Assembly: GCA_963663765.2 (NCBI GenBank)
Contig: CAXXUA010000015.1
Coordinates: forward strand, 96,001 to 160,000
DNA: 64,000 bases
Source: Candidatus Poribacteria bacterium
Lineage (GTDB): Bacteria > Poribacteria > WGA-4E > WGA-3G
Direction of reading: 5' to 3'
Part shown: piece after piece, positions 1 through 9,750 of the stretch
How the letters are laid out: every line of letters begins with the position of its first letter
Position numbering within the stretch: position 1 is the first letter of the stretch
Position numbers and translations under genes: made by a program
The notes under the pieces: model-generated
Seen by the model: only the letters and a program-made list of their open reading frames with translations
What the model was told of the DNA's origin: nothing
Databases searched by the model: none

Positions 1-79
1 GACTATAGGATTTGATTAATTACTTGACAACCTAATTTTTCTGTCAGCACAAAATACATCCAACAATGAGTTCAACATA

Positions 80-235
80 ATACCAATTCCATGTGATAAT
101 GTCTCATTAACAGCGGAAATCTGGTAGGAGGGACCTCCCGGTCGCGACCGGGAGGTCCCTCCTACCGAAGAGAGTAACCCCCTGCCAGTAAACAGTAGAA
201 TTCCTTAATGAGACAAGACTTATTTGAATTGGTAT
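80..235. mobile_element. MITE-like element (family T1; TIR ATACCAATTC...GAATTGGTAT) with an internal perfect 44-bp GTAG-REP palindrome (123-166)
   Basis: Terminal inverted repeats. Internal GGTAGGAGGGACCTCCCGGTCG/CGACCGGGAGGTCCCTCCTACC palindrome. Near-identical units recur at 50.8-51.8 kb. Confidence 0.8.
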
Positions 236-293
236 AATACTATCCTTTTCTCATAATTTAGTATCTAATAGTTAGGAAAAGGAGAACTTATTC

Positions 294-878
294 ATGAGTG
301 CAGTTGAGTTGAAAGATGCAGACGATGCCAAACTAATAATTGCAGTGTTGGCGGGTAATCTCAAAGCATTTGATGAATTAGTCTTTCGTTATCAGCGCGC
401 CATGCTAACTGTCGCACAACAGATCGTGCGTAATCCAACAGATGCAGAAGACATTGTACAAGATGCTTTTCTTTTGGCATTTGAAGCACTACCCCAACTT
501 GATAATCTGGAACGGTTCGGTTCCTGGCTCTATTCAATTACGCGAAACCGCGCACTGCGTTTTATGAAAAGAGCAAATAGAATTCAGTTACATGAAGATG
601 TAGATGCAGAGTTACAGATACAAGCTAACCCAAAAACTTCTGACCCAGCACAAATAGTAGAACGACAATCCACCCAGCAAATTGTGCAAGATGCAATAAC
701 TTCGTTACCATCTGAATTCCAAGAAGTTATCAAACTCTATTATTGGGTAGAAATGCCACAGAAACGTATCGCAGAATTCTTATCGCTACCCCTAACCACA
801 GTAAAATGGCGACTTCACAAAGCAAAAGATTTGCTAAAATTGATATTAGAAAAACGCGGGTATGAAAATGTGTTATAG
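294..878 (+). CDS. ECF-type RNA polymerase sigma-70 factor
   Basis: Region 2 DAEDIVQDAF...FGSWLYSITRN; region 4 EIAEFLSLPLTTVKWRLHKAK-type HTH; AAGGAG RBS. Confidence 0.93.
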   Translation: MSAVELKDADDAKLIIAVLAGNLKAFDELVFRYQRAMLTVAQQIVRNPTDAEDIVQDAFLLAFEALPQLDNLERFGSWLYSITRNRALRFMKRANRIQLHEDVDAELQIQANPKTSDPAQIVERQSTQQIVQDAITSLPSEFQEVIKLYYWVEMPQKRIAEFLSLPLTTVKWRLHKAKDLLKLILEKRGYENVL

Positions 879-942
879 AACGGGTAGTTCGTTGCTTGAG
901 AATTAGGATATATTGAACATTCAACATATAGAGGAATCACAC

Positions 943-2325
943 ATGGAACAGGAACGACAACAAGAACTTCGTGGGCTTTTTCAGATGCTTCAGGAAACCG
1001 CTGAAATTGCTGAGGACGCACTACTAACAGAGACCTATAACAATAGCGAAAGCAGATGTATTTCACAATTCAATAAGGTATTGAAACGTCTGATTGAGTT
1101 AGACGCTGTACCAAAAGACCTCTTTGATCCATTAGAAGAGGATTCCAAATTTAACGAAATCAGTATTGCATGTACTCATCTTGCTGCATATCTCAGTGAG
1201 GGGTTAGGAATATCATCCAATTTGAAGGAGATGATGACAAACTTTCTTGGGAAAAAATTCATTGACAACATCAGTGAAGAGTTGAAAGAGGGAAGTATTG
1301 GCGAGTTAATTCGGAATGCAATGCCTGAGTTCTTGACAGAAACAAAATTGGACGACATCAATGAATCGTTTAATGTGAGTCCTGATGGCAAGTTGATACT
1401 TGATACAGATTTCGGTACAATTGACGTTCAGACATCAGATAACGATGTTGTCAAAGTTGTTGTTCATCGGTCTGCACAACTTAAGACTGATAGACCCGCA
1501 GTTCAGATTCTCAAAGATTTTCACGTAGACTTCAATCAACAAAGCAATGACATAAATATTAATGCTAAGTTTAAAGAAGGGAAAAGTTATTGGAAAAAGA
1601 CAACCGACCGTTTAGATATACACTTTGAAATTACAGTTCCCAAGGCATTTCAAGGTGTCTTCTTGAAAACTGCTGGTGGAGACATTTCTGTTAAGGACAT
1701 AACCGGAACGATTCAAAGTCATACTAATACAGGGGATCTTCAGTTTGAAAATACTACAGGACATCTCATTGGACATACTGGGAATGGTAATGTCCGTCTG
1801 ACTAAGTGTTTCGGAGAGACACATGTTGAATCATTACGCGGTAATATTGACATAAAAGAAAATAAAGGTGTTGTTAATGTGACTACATCAAGTGGAAACG
1901 TAAAGTGTTCTGATGTCGTTGGCACAATCAATGTAGAGACATCAGGTGGAAGTATTAAACTCGTTAGATGTAAAGGAGAAGCACATGTTGAGACTTTAGG
2001 TGGTAATATAAACCTTCAAAACGAGGGGACAGTTACAGCAAAAACTTTTGGCGGCTCAATCAAAGCAGATATATTAGGACAACTCAAAGAAGATTCAAGA
2101 TTAGAATCATCTGGAGGAGATATCACTGTGTCACTTATGTCGGACATACAAGCAAGAGTTGATGCTAAGTGTAGCGGTGGCAAGGTTTTTTCAGATCTGC
2201 CAAAAGTAAAGGTTGACCAATCTTCTCCTCAAAATAACCAAATGTATGTGATCCTAAATGCTGACGGACCTCTCCTAAAACTCCGAAGTATCGGTGGAGA
2301 TATACATTTAAAATGTCGAAACTGA
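943..2325 (+). CDS. DUF4097/adhesin-like beta-strand repeat protein with an N-terminal helical domain (possible anti-sigma partner)
   Basis: Repeated T-x-G-G-x-I motifs (TAGGDI, TSGGSI, TLGGNI, SSGGDI) and terminal GPLLKLRSIGGDI. Start set at the ATG after GAGGA. Lies directly after the sigma gene. Confidence 0.8.
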   Translation: MEQERQQELRGLFQMLQETAEIAEDALLTETYNNSESRCISQFNKVLKRLIELDAVPKDLFDPLEEDSKFNEISIACTHLAAYLSEGLGISSNLKEMMTNFLGKKFIDNISEELKEGSIGELIRNAMPEFLTETKLDDINESFNVSPDGKLILDTDFGTIDVQTSDNDVVKVVVHRSAQLKTDRPAVQILKDFHVDFNQQSNDININAKFKEGKSYWKKTTDRLDIHFEITVPKAFQGVFLKTAGGDISVKDITGTIQSHTNTGDLQFENTTGHLIGHTGNGNVRLTKCFGETHVESLRGNIDIKENKGVVNVTTSSGNVKCSDVVGTINVETSGGSIKLVRCKGEAHVETLGGNINLQNEGTVTAKTFGGSIKADILGQLKEDSRLESSGGDITVSLMSDIQARVDAKCSGGKVFSDLPKVKVDQSSPQNNQMYVILNADGPLLKLRSIGGDIHLKCRN

Positions 2326-2349
2326 TATAAATCACCTTTCATATTTTTC

Positions 2350-2379
2350 TTGCTTAATATATTGTTACTTTGTTATAAT
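2350..2379 (+). promoter_or_regulatory. Putative sigma-70 promoter of the ABC operon
   Basis: TTGCTT-18 bp-TATAAT with extended -10 TG. Confidence 0.5.
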
Positions 2380-2475
2380 GATTGTCAAATATGGATTCGT
2401 CTGATCGTTCAAGATATTAGATATTGAACGTTGGTAGAGATAAAATGCGTAACAGAATCAAAAGGAGTTACAGTG

Positions 2476-3798
2476 ATGAAACGTCTGTCAATATGTTTTT
2501 TGCTATTAGCCCTTGTAGTTATTTTGGGTTGTGGAAATCAACCTAAATCCCTAACAATTGTATGGGCAGAATGGGAACCTGCAAACTACTTAGAAACACT
2601 ATCTAAAGATTTTACTACAGAAACAGGAATCGCAGTAGAAGTGGTACAAATACCGTGGCCTCAATTTGAAAACAAAATTGACAATTCCTTTACAGGGAAA
2701 AGCGATCTTTACGATATCGTAATTGGAGATAGTCAATGGTTGGGTAAGAACTCTGTTGGAGGACACTATGTTGACTTGACCGAATGGATAAATGAGAATA
2801 TTGATGTTGATGCTATCTATGGTCCTGCAATGACGGCTTTTGCAGAATACCCGAAAGGGAGTAGTAACTACTGGGCATTACCAGCAGAAGTGGATGCGGC
2901 AGGATATGTCTATAGAAAGGATCTATTTGAAGACGAGAATGAAATGGCAGCATTCCAAGAGAAATATGGCTATGCGCTTGCTCCACCGAAGACTTATGAC
3001 CAACTACGTGATATAGCAGAATTTTTTACACGTCCAGATGATGACCTTTACGGTCTTGCTACTTGGTACAGTAAAAGTTACGATGGCATTACCATGGGAT
3101 TTCAACAGGTCATGTGGAGTTACGGTGCATCGTATGGAGATCCTGACACGAAAAAAGTTGATGGGTATATAAATTCTGAAGATGCTGTGAAAGCACTTGA
3201 ATTTTACAAAAGTTTGCTGGAATTTGCTCCAAAAGACGCACCGAACTACTATTGGCCTGAAACAGCAGCCGCCTATAATGCAGGAAAAGTTGCTATGGCA
3301 ATGAACTATTTTGCCTTTTTCCCAGGAGTTGTTAACCCTGAAACTAATCCCATCTCTCATGACAAAAGCGGTTTTTTTATCGCTCCTGAAGGACCAAAAG
3401 GACATTATATTAGTATCGGTGGACAAGGAATGTCAGTATCATCTTATTCCAAAAAAATGGATACTGCAAAGCAATATATGAAGTGGTTTATGCAAAAGTC
3501 AGTACAAGAAAAATGGGCAGAATTAGGCGGTTTCACTCCCCTGAAAGAAGTACTGGAATCTGATACATTCAAAAAAGCTACACCCTATAATGAAACATTT
3601 GCTGCAAGTTTCCCATACCTACGTGATTTCTGGGCAGTTCCTGAATACTCTAAACTTTTAACGGTTTGTCAAACGAACTGGAGTGAAGCGATCTCTGGCA
3701 TCAAGACTCCACAAGAAGCTCTTGACACGATAGCACAGAAACATGAAGAGATCTTTGCTGAGGCAGAAAAGAAAAAAGCAGAAGCAGCAGAAAAATAA
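2476..3798 (+). CDS. Carbohydrate ABC transporter substrate-binding lipoprotein
   Basis: Lipobox ILGC; family-1 SBP motifs (YVYRKDLFE, PPKTYDQLRDIAEFF); followed by two permease genes. Confidence 0.93.
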   Translation: MKRLSICFLLLALVVILGCGNQPKSLTIVWAEWEPANYLETLSKDFTTETGIAVEVVQIPWPQFENKIDNSFTGKSDLYDIVIGDSQWLGKNSVGGHYVDLTEWINENIDVDAIYGPAMTAFAEYPKGSSNYWALPAEVDAAGYVYRKDLFEDENEMAAFQEKYGYALAPPKTYDQLRDIAEFFTRPDDDLYGLATWYSKSYDGITMGFQQVMWSYGASYGDPDTKKVDGYINSEDAVKALEFYKSLLEFAPKDAPNYYWPETAAAYNAGKVAMAMNYFAFFPGVVNPETNPISHDKSGFFIAPEGPKGHYISIGGQGMSVSSYSKKMDTAKQYMKWFMQKSVQEKWAELGGFTPLKEVLESDTFKKATPYNETFAASFPYLRDFWAVPEYSKLLTVCQTNWSEAISGIKTPQEALDTIAQKHEEIFAEAEKKKAEAAEK

Positions 3799-3953
3799 GG
3801 TGGTACTTACATACACTTATTATTGAGTTTTTCAATTCCAATATGTTGAGGGTTGGGTACAGTATTATAAACCCAACCCATTTACATTTACACCTTTTTT
3901 CAAATTCAAGTTGGAAATTACCTTCTGATTCTTATGATTTTTCACAATAGAAA

Positions 3954-4856
3954 ATGCAAATAGTTCGTTTTTCGCGCGGGATGAGCGATTATAAGTTGAA
4001 AATGGCATTTATCATGCCAACGATGGTGTTGCTCATCTTAATGAACATCTTTCCCCTTTTATGGTCGCTTTTTCTGAGTTTTCATGATTACCAAGCTTCC
4101 ATGCCACAGGCACCTAAATATATTGGTTTAGAGAATTATATTGATGTCCTCACAGACCCTGATATCTGGGGGTATTTCCGCACTACAGCATATTTTGTTC
4201 TCTTAGCGGTAACTGTGCAATTCCTAATTGGATTTGGATTAGCACTCCTGTTAAATCGTAACTTTCCTGCAAAAGGTCTGGTCACAACACTCCTACTACT
4301 ACCGATGATGTTATCTCCAGTCGTTGTCGGCCTGTTTTGGCAGTTCATTTTGGCATCAGATAACGCAGGATTACTAAACTTTCTTCTTAGTCCAATCCTA
4401 AAACAACCAATTGAGTGGACGACCAAACCAAGTATCGCAATGTTAGCTGTTGTCATTGTTGATACATGGATGTGGTCACCTTTTATGATGTTGATTGCGT
4501 TAGCAGGACTGAGTGCAATTCCGAAATACCTATATGAAGCAGCAGATGTAGATAGAGCCTCAACATGGTTCAAATTCCGTTCGATTACGTTACCATTAGT
4601 ATCACCTTTGCTATTGATCGCTTTGTTATTCCGCACAATGGATGCATTTAAGATGTTTGATATTGTGTATGTCCTTACTAATGAAGGGGGACCAGGAACT
4701 GTTACTGAAACTGTGTCAATGAATCTTTATAGAATCGCATTTCGTTATTTTGATACCGGTAAAGCATGTGCTATGGCATATATTCTGCTGATAATAATCG
4801 TAGCATTGAGCAATATCTATGTAAAATATCTCAATAGAGTGAAGAGTGAGGTATAG
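3954..4856 (+). CDS. Carbohydrate ABC transporter permease
   Basis: EAA loop YLYEAADVDRAS...FRSITLP; multiple TM helices. Confidence 0.93.
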   Translation: MQIVRFSRGMSDYKLKMAFIMPTMVLLILMNIFPLLWSLFLSFHDYQASMPQAPKYIGLENYIDVLTDPDIWGYFRTTAYFVLLAVTVQFLIGFGLALLLNRNFPAKGLVTTLLLLPMMLSPVVVGLFWQFILASDNAGLLNFLLSPILKQPIEWTTKPSIAMLAVVIVDTWMWSPFMMLIALAGLSAIPKYLYEAADVDRASTWFKFRSITLPLVSPLLLIALLFRTMDAFKMFDIVYVLTNEGGPGTVTETVSMNLYRIAFRYFDTGKACAMAYILLIIIVALSNIYVKYLNRVKSEV

Positions 4857-4862
4857 TTCATT

Positions 4863-6182
4863 ATGGCAATCGTTTCAAGACTTAAACAACTCATTATATA
4901 CATTATATCAGTTATTCTGCGACCTATAATGTGGCTTTACCATAGACGTAGGATCATCATTTACTACTCAATGATGGCTTTAATTGCCATTGCGATAATC
5001 TTTGCTGTTGTCACCTACCTACTACCAATATATTGGATCGTGGTAACATCGGTGAAAACACTACCAGATATTAACACTATCGTCCCCAAATTTCTGTTTA
5101 AAATCTCTTTTGAAAACTATCAGAAACTATTGCCTGAAGGGAATTTGCCTATTGTAGCTTATCTGTATATAGGAGTAATAATATTTGGTCTCATCTTATT
5201 TGCTATTTGTTCTTTTGCAGCAAAGATTTTACCACGACGTTTTTTACTTCGCAACATCGGTACCGTCTGGAACGTTCTATTTATTTTGATCTGTCTCTAC
5301 GGCTTTTTTAGTACGCAGCCCAACCCACGATTAAGAGTAGATGTCCGTTTTCATTATTTTACACTCATCATCTGTTGTATTGTTTCATATTTGTTAGTTA
5401 TCCCTTGGAAGAAATCCTATTCTAATCTTCATAATGTCATAGAGGGTACAATTCAGGATAACAAGGAGAAATTTGCATTTGCGATCCCTGTCATCTTTGC
5501 AGCAATCGGTATATGTGTTTCTTTAGCAAACGGAGGTTCAAAGTATTTTTATCAGCTACTGAACAGCATAATTATTGGTGGTGGTAGTACAGTTCTCGCT
5601 GTATGTTTAGGTACAATTTCTGCTTATGCATTTTCGCGTTTCAATATAGTTGGCAAGGACGATCTTCTTTTTTTTATTCTCAGCACACGAATGCTGCCTC
5701 CAGTCGTAGTAGTCATTCCAATCTATCTGATGTATAGAACACTTCAATTACAGGATACACATTTCGGTCTGATACTACTTTATACGACATTCAATGTTTC
5801 ATTTGCGGTTTGGCTTATGAAAGGGTTTATTGATGAAATACCGAGAGAATATGAGGATGCTGCCCTCGTTGATGGATATACACGATTTCAGACTTTTATA
5901 AAAGTTGTTCTTCCTCAATCAGTAACAGGAATCGCAGCAACCGCAGTCTTCTGCTTAATTACAGCCTGGAATGAGTTTGCATTTGCTCTTGTTCTAACAG
6001 AGGTTGGTGGTATAGCAGTAACAACACCACCCTCTATAACAAGTGCGACAGGTACAGCAGGTATAGAATGGGGAAAAATTGCTGCATCAACCTTCATTTT
6101 TCTGCTGCCAGTTGCCATTTTCACTTTTCTAATGCGGAGACACCTACTGCGCGGTGTCACTTTCGGTGCCGTGAAGAAATAA
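4863..6182 (+). CDS. Carbohydrate ABC transporter permease with an extra multi-TM insertion
   Basis: EAA loop EYEDAALVDGYT; AWNEFAFAL; 439 aa, longer than typical MalG-type permeases. Confidence 0.9.
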   Translation: MAIVSRLKQLIIYIISVILRPIMWLYHRRRIIIYYSMMALIAIAIIFAVVTYLLPIYWIVVTSVKTLPDINTIVPKFLFKISFENYQKLLPEGNLPIVAYLYIGVIIFGLILFAICSFAAKILPRRFLLRNIGTVWNVLFILICLYGFFSTQPNPRLRVDVRFHYFTLIICCIVSYLLVIPWKKSYSNLHNVIEGTIQDNKEKFAFAIPVIFAAIGICVSLANGGSKYFYQLLNSIIIGGGSTVLAVCLGTISAYAFSRFNIVGKDDLLFFILSTRMLPPVVVVIPIYLMYRTLQLQDTHFGLILLYTTFNVSFAVWLMKGFIDEIPREYEDAALVDGYTRFQTFIKVVLPQSVTGIAATAVFCLITAWNEFAFALVLTEVGGIAVTTPPSITSATGTAGIEWGKIAASTFIFLLPVAIFTFLMRRHLLRGVTFGAVKK

Positions 6183-6335
6183 CAATAATTGTCAATTGCA
6201 GTACAATCCCCATTACCATATCAGCTAATACCTTCTTTATCAATTCAAGGAAATAATTGCATAAATTCATACACAATTAATGATAAAATCATGCCATAAG
6301 TGCATCCACAAATGAGTAGATATGGAGGTAATAAG

Positions 6336-7790
6336 ATGGCAAAAAAAAGAAAGACCAAAAGAACAAAAATAGCCTTAGAAGAATGCACACTTCAGATGCA
6401 AGCACACATTCAAAGGATTGGTTTATCTTCTGTTGATGACTATAGAAATTGGTGTACTCGCCATAATTTTAGTCGTGGTCTGGAGAAAAATTATCGTCAA
6501 CGCCAAAAAGAACTTAGTTATGCATCCGCAATGATAGCATCTGATATAATGGCGAATGAGAAGAAAATTCGTAACCTGAAAACGGTGATCCCAAAAATCT
6601 ATAACGGTGAACTAAACAGTGAGAAAGTAAGGAACAACACTGCAATAGAAATCGAACAGGCATTTCAAAGAAGCGAATCCAAGAAAACACTTCTGCAACT
6701 ATTGTTATACATTGAGGATAACTCCGACCTCTTAGAGGAGGCTGTATATGTCAAGGGAATTGAAGCAATAGCAAACTGTTCTGAAAATTGGATTCGACCA
6801 CTGCAGACATGGCGTGCTAAAAGTCATAACCGAACTCGGCAGTTTTCTGAACTCCTTCGCCATCTTTTCGTTTCTTATAATATTCCTTCGTTCATGGATA
6901 ACGTTTGGTTAGCAGAAAACGAAACCCATCATAATTGGTATATTCATATCGGTGCCGGTCAGAACATCAGAACAGCACCAGACATACCCGTAGTTCTCAC
7001 GAAAAAGATGGCACACCATTTTCTCAATGCTCCCAAAAAATATAATGTTGATGAGGCAATACGATGGGGACAAGTACACGCGCTCGAAGGCGATAGGCGC
7101 TTAATGGATGCCTTACGTGGAACACAACTTATTGAAGATTATCCTCACGACGACTTCTGGTTGAGTGTCATCCGTTTCTTCATCGCAAATCCAATGTTAG
7201 ATGTTAATCATGTGCATCCTATAATTGATTTTATTTGGAACCAGAAATTCCAAAACCAGCAGGTTTTTGTCGGTAGAGGTGTAATAGAAGAGATGGATCC
7301 ACCACAACCCAACTTTACTATGAAGGGACGAACACCAGACACATTGCTCCGTCAAGTCAATGATTGGCACCAAGAACTCGGTAGAGAAACACGAGGTGGG
7401 GATCTTCAGTGGTCACGTTCAGATATCAGTGAATTCTATCATCGCGAAGGAAGCAAGGAAAAACGCAACTTAAAATACTGGTATATACGGGAACTTCTTA
7501 GCACAAAAGAACTCGTTGCTGAAGGTAGAGCGTTGAAACACTGTGTCAGTTCTTACGCAAAGTCATGCTATGCCGGAAATATATCTATTTGGACATTAGA
7601 ATCTGAAGAAGATGAAAACGGAAGAAACAAGAATCTAACAATTGAAATCTCACGAACTGCAAACGTAATTCGTCAAGTACGGGGTAAAATGAATAGATTA
7701 CCAACACAGAAAGAAAAATACCTGTTAGAACTTTGGGCAGCAAAGGAAAAACTAAAATTTGCTGGATATCTCCAGTTTGAACAGGGGTAA
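6336..7790 (+). CDS. PcfJ domain-containing protein
   Basis: C-terminal ELVAEGRALKHCVSSY...TIEI...IRQVRGKMN signature; GGAGGT RBS before ATG 6336. Confidence 0.8.
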   Translation: MAKKRKTKRTKIALEECTLQMQAHIQRIGLSSVDDYRNWCTRHNFSRGLEKNYRQRQKELSYASAMIASDIMANEKKIRNLKTVIPKIYNGELNSEKVRNNTAIEIEQAFQRSESKKTLLQLLLYIEDNSDLLEEAVYVKGIEAIANCSENWIRPLQTWRAKSHNRTRQFSELLRHLFVSYNIPSFMDNVWLAENETHHNWYIHIGAGQNIRTAPDIPVVLTKKMAHHFLNAPKKYNVDEAIRWGQVHALEGDRRLMDALRGTQLIEDYPHDDFWLSVIRFFIANPMLDVNHVHPIIDFIWNQKFQNQQVFVGRGVIEEMDPPQPNFTMKGRTPDTLLRQVNDWHQELGRETRGGDLQWSRSDISEFYHREGSKEKRNLKYWYIRELLSTKELVAEGRALKHCVSSYAKSCYAGNISIWTLESEEDENGRNKNLTIEISRTANVIRQVRGKMNRLPTQKEKYLLELWAAKEKLKFAGYLQFEQG

Positions 7791-7889
7791 TACATACATT
7801 TGATATCACTATCTGCTATGTGTTATACTACCAATACTATAGTAAATAAAGTATCTCTATTACTATTGAACCGTAAAGGAGGTTACCCG

Positions 7890-8120
7890 ATGGAAAACCC
7901 AACGACGATTGAAGATATAGTCAAACGATTAGACAAACTTACACCTTGGCAACAGAAACAGATTTTGAATTCTGTTCTGTCCTTTTTAGGAGAACCCATA
8001 AGAGGCACTTCGGGCAAGGAATTACTGAAATTTGTAGGTCTGTTTCCGCCAGAAGACCTTGAACAAATAAAACAAGCGATTGAGGAGGACTGCGGGAAGA
8101 TCTATGAATCAGAATGGTAA
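7890..8120 (+). CDS. Putative antitoxin of a VapBC-type pair
   Basis: Small protein with an acidic C-terminus (GTSGKELLKFVG...IEEDC) overlapping the start of the PIN gene; AAGGAGG RBS. Confidence 0.75.
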   Translation: MENPTTIEDIVKRLDKLTPWQQKQILNSVLSFLGEPIRGTSGKELLKFVGLFPPEDLEQIKQAIEEDCGKIYESEW

Positions 8121-8499
8121 TTTGCTTTTAGATACTAACATCGTGATTGAGATGTTTCGCGGTAACAGGACGATCCGTGAAAAATTGAAAAATAGTTATA
8201 ACGTTTTCTTGGCTTCACCTGTGATTGGCGAACTCTACTATGGTGCGCGGAAATCTGACAGAATTTTAGAGAACCTTCGCAGAATTAACACTTTTGTAGA
8301 TGAACACATTTCTCTTTCTTGTGATTTAGAAACCGCCCAGCGGTACGGTATTATCAAAAACCAACTGCAACGGAAAGGTCGTCTCATTCCAGATAACGAT
8401 ATCTGGATTGCAGCAATTGTGATGCAGCATGGATTAATTTTGGTTACAAGAGATGCACATTTTAATGAAGTTGAAGCTTTACCGATAGAAAATTGGTAG
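8104..8499 (+). CDS. vapC: PIN-domain ribonuclease toxin (VapC family)
   Basis: LLDTN, GELYYGA, DNDIWIAA and LVTRDAHF motifs. Confidence 0.93.
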   Translation: MNQNGNLLLDTNIVIEMFRGNRTIREKLKNSYNVFLASPVIGELYYGARKSDRILENLRRINTFVDEHISLSCDLETAQRYGIIKNQLQRKGRLIPDNDIWIAAIVMQHGLILVTRDAHFNEVEALPIENW

Positions 8500-8506
8500 A
8501 TACATT

Positions 8507-8596
8507 ATACCAAATTAACGTAATTTATCTTTTTTCAACGGTAGGTGCGGTTTCCTAACCGCACACTTAGCAAGACGACTCACGTTAATTGGGTAT
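8507..8596. mobile_element. MITE-like element (family T2; TIR ATACCAAATTAACGT...ACGTTAATTGGGTAT) with internal GTAGGTGCGGTT-TCCT-AACCGCAC hairpin
   Basis: Imperfect 15-bp terminal inverted repeats; GTAG-led hairpin inside. Confidence 0.65.
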
Positions 8597-8693
8597 TATA
8601 GGGTGCGTCAATTCCTACTACAACCAATAAATCAAAAAAATAGACGAGCTCAAGAAACCCGCCTATTTCATAACAGAAACACAGATTTCAAAA

Positions 8694-9737
8694 TTAATTC
8701 TTCTCTCGATATTCCTGCAATAGTGCTCTAATTTTGTCAAGGAATGCTTGCGAGTAGATATCACCAACCAAGGCATTTTGCGTTTCGACCGCAATAGCAT
8801 CCCAAGTTTCAAGTGCATCTTCATCAAACTCAACGATCTTAATGCCACCTTTTGTTGTCAATGCTTCAATTGCTTTGTCGTTATCTTTCCGGATTTCCAG
8901 AATCATTTTGTCCTGATATTTGTCCCCTACGTCACGTAAAGTCTCTTGCTGTGTAGGTGTAAGTTCATCATACTTTTTCTTAGTGATGACTGTTGCACCA
9001 ACACCAATACTTACCGGCAGGTTGGTCATATATTTAAATTTCTCGTGCCACTGCAACGCGACAGTTACATACGGGGATGCAGTCACTGCATTGAGTTGAC
9101 CTGAATAGAGTGAAGAATTGACTTGTGTAACCTCTCTCGGAACAGTTGCGATGTTTGCTTTCTTGTAAAATGTCTGAGCGATTTTGTCACTTGTTCGCGC
9201 CCACATCTTGACTTTCGGTGATTGCAAGTCAGCAATCGTACTTATTGGATGATTACTGAAGATATAGTAGAAACCAATATCTCCCATACCGATGAGAACA
9301 TAACCTGCATCCAAAAAGGCTTTATCCAAATCTTCGCGGAGAAAGTCACGAACATAGTCAAGTTCTTCGTAGTTTTTAAATAGACGTGGGAGTTGAAAAA
9401 TAAGTACCTCTTTCTGTATTTCGCCGAGTCCATTTGCTGTCATAGCCCCCGCATGAAGCAGCCCAGCACGCATCTTGCGAATAACATCAATTTCGTCTCC
9501 TTGAATACCGTTTGCGTAGAATCTGAATTTGATATTATCACCGGTTTTTGCTTTTAGTTCTTTTGCCATTGCATCGAAATTCTTCATCCAAGTAGAGCCT
9601 TTCGGTGCAAGCGTAGCAAACTTAATAGGATCAACAGCCCAAGTAGATTGCGGTAAACATACCATACTCACAATGACTAATAGCACACTCGCTAAAATTG
9701 CGGTGTGAATTCTATTGCTTGTTTTTTTATCGCTCAT
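8694..9737 (-). CDS. dctP: TRAP transporter substrate-binding protein, DctP family (TatP-like)
   Basis: IKFATLAPKGSTW and GDEIDVIRKMRAGLLHAG motifs; signal peptide. Confidence 0.9.
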   Translation of the reverse strand: MSDKKTSNRIHTAILASVLLVIVSMVCLPQSTWAVDPIKFATLAPKGSTWMKNFDAMAKELKAKTGDNIKFRFYANGIQGDEIDVIRKMRAGLLHAGAMTANGLGEIQKEVLIFQLPRLFKNYEELDYVRDFLREDLDKAFLDAGYVLIGMGDIGFYYIFSNHPISTIADLQSPKVKMWARTSDKIAQTFYKKANIATVPREVTQVNSSLYSGQLNAVTASPYVTVALQWHEKFKYMTNLPVSIGVGATVITKKKYDELTPTQQETLRDVGDKYQDKMILEIRKDNDKAIEALTTKGGIKIVEFDEDALETWDAIAVETQNALVGDIYSQAFLDKIRALLQEYREKN

Positions 9738-9750
9738 ATTCAGTGTCTCC

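Noticed and set aside
3850-3879. GGGTTGGGT...ACCCAACCC hairpin as an intrinsic terminator
   Set aside because: Long loop and no immediate U-tract; more likely an intra-operon stabiliser or a decayed REP.
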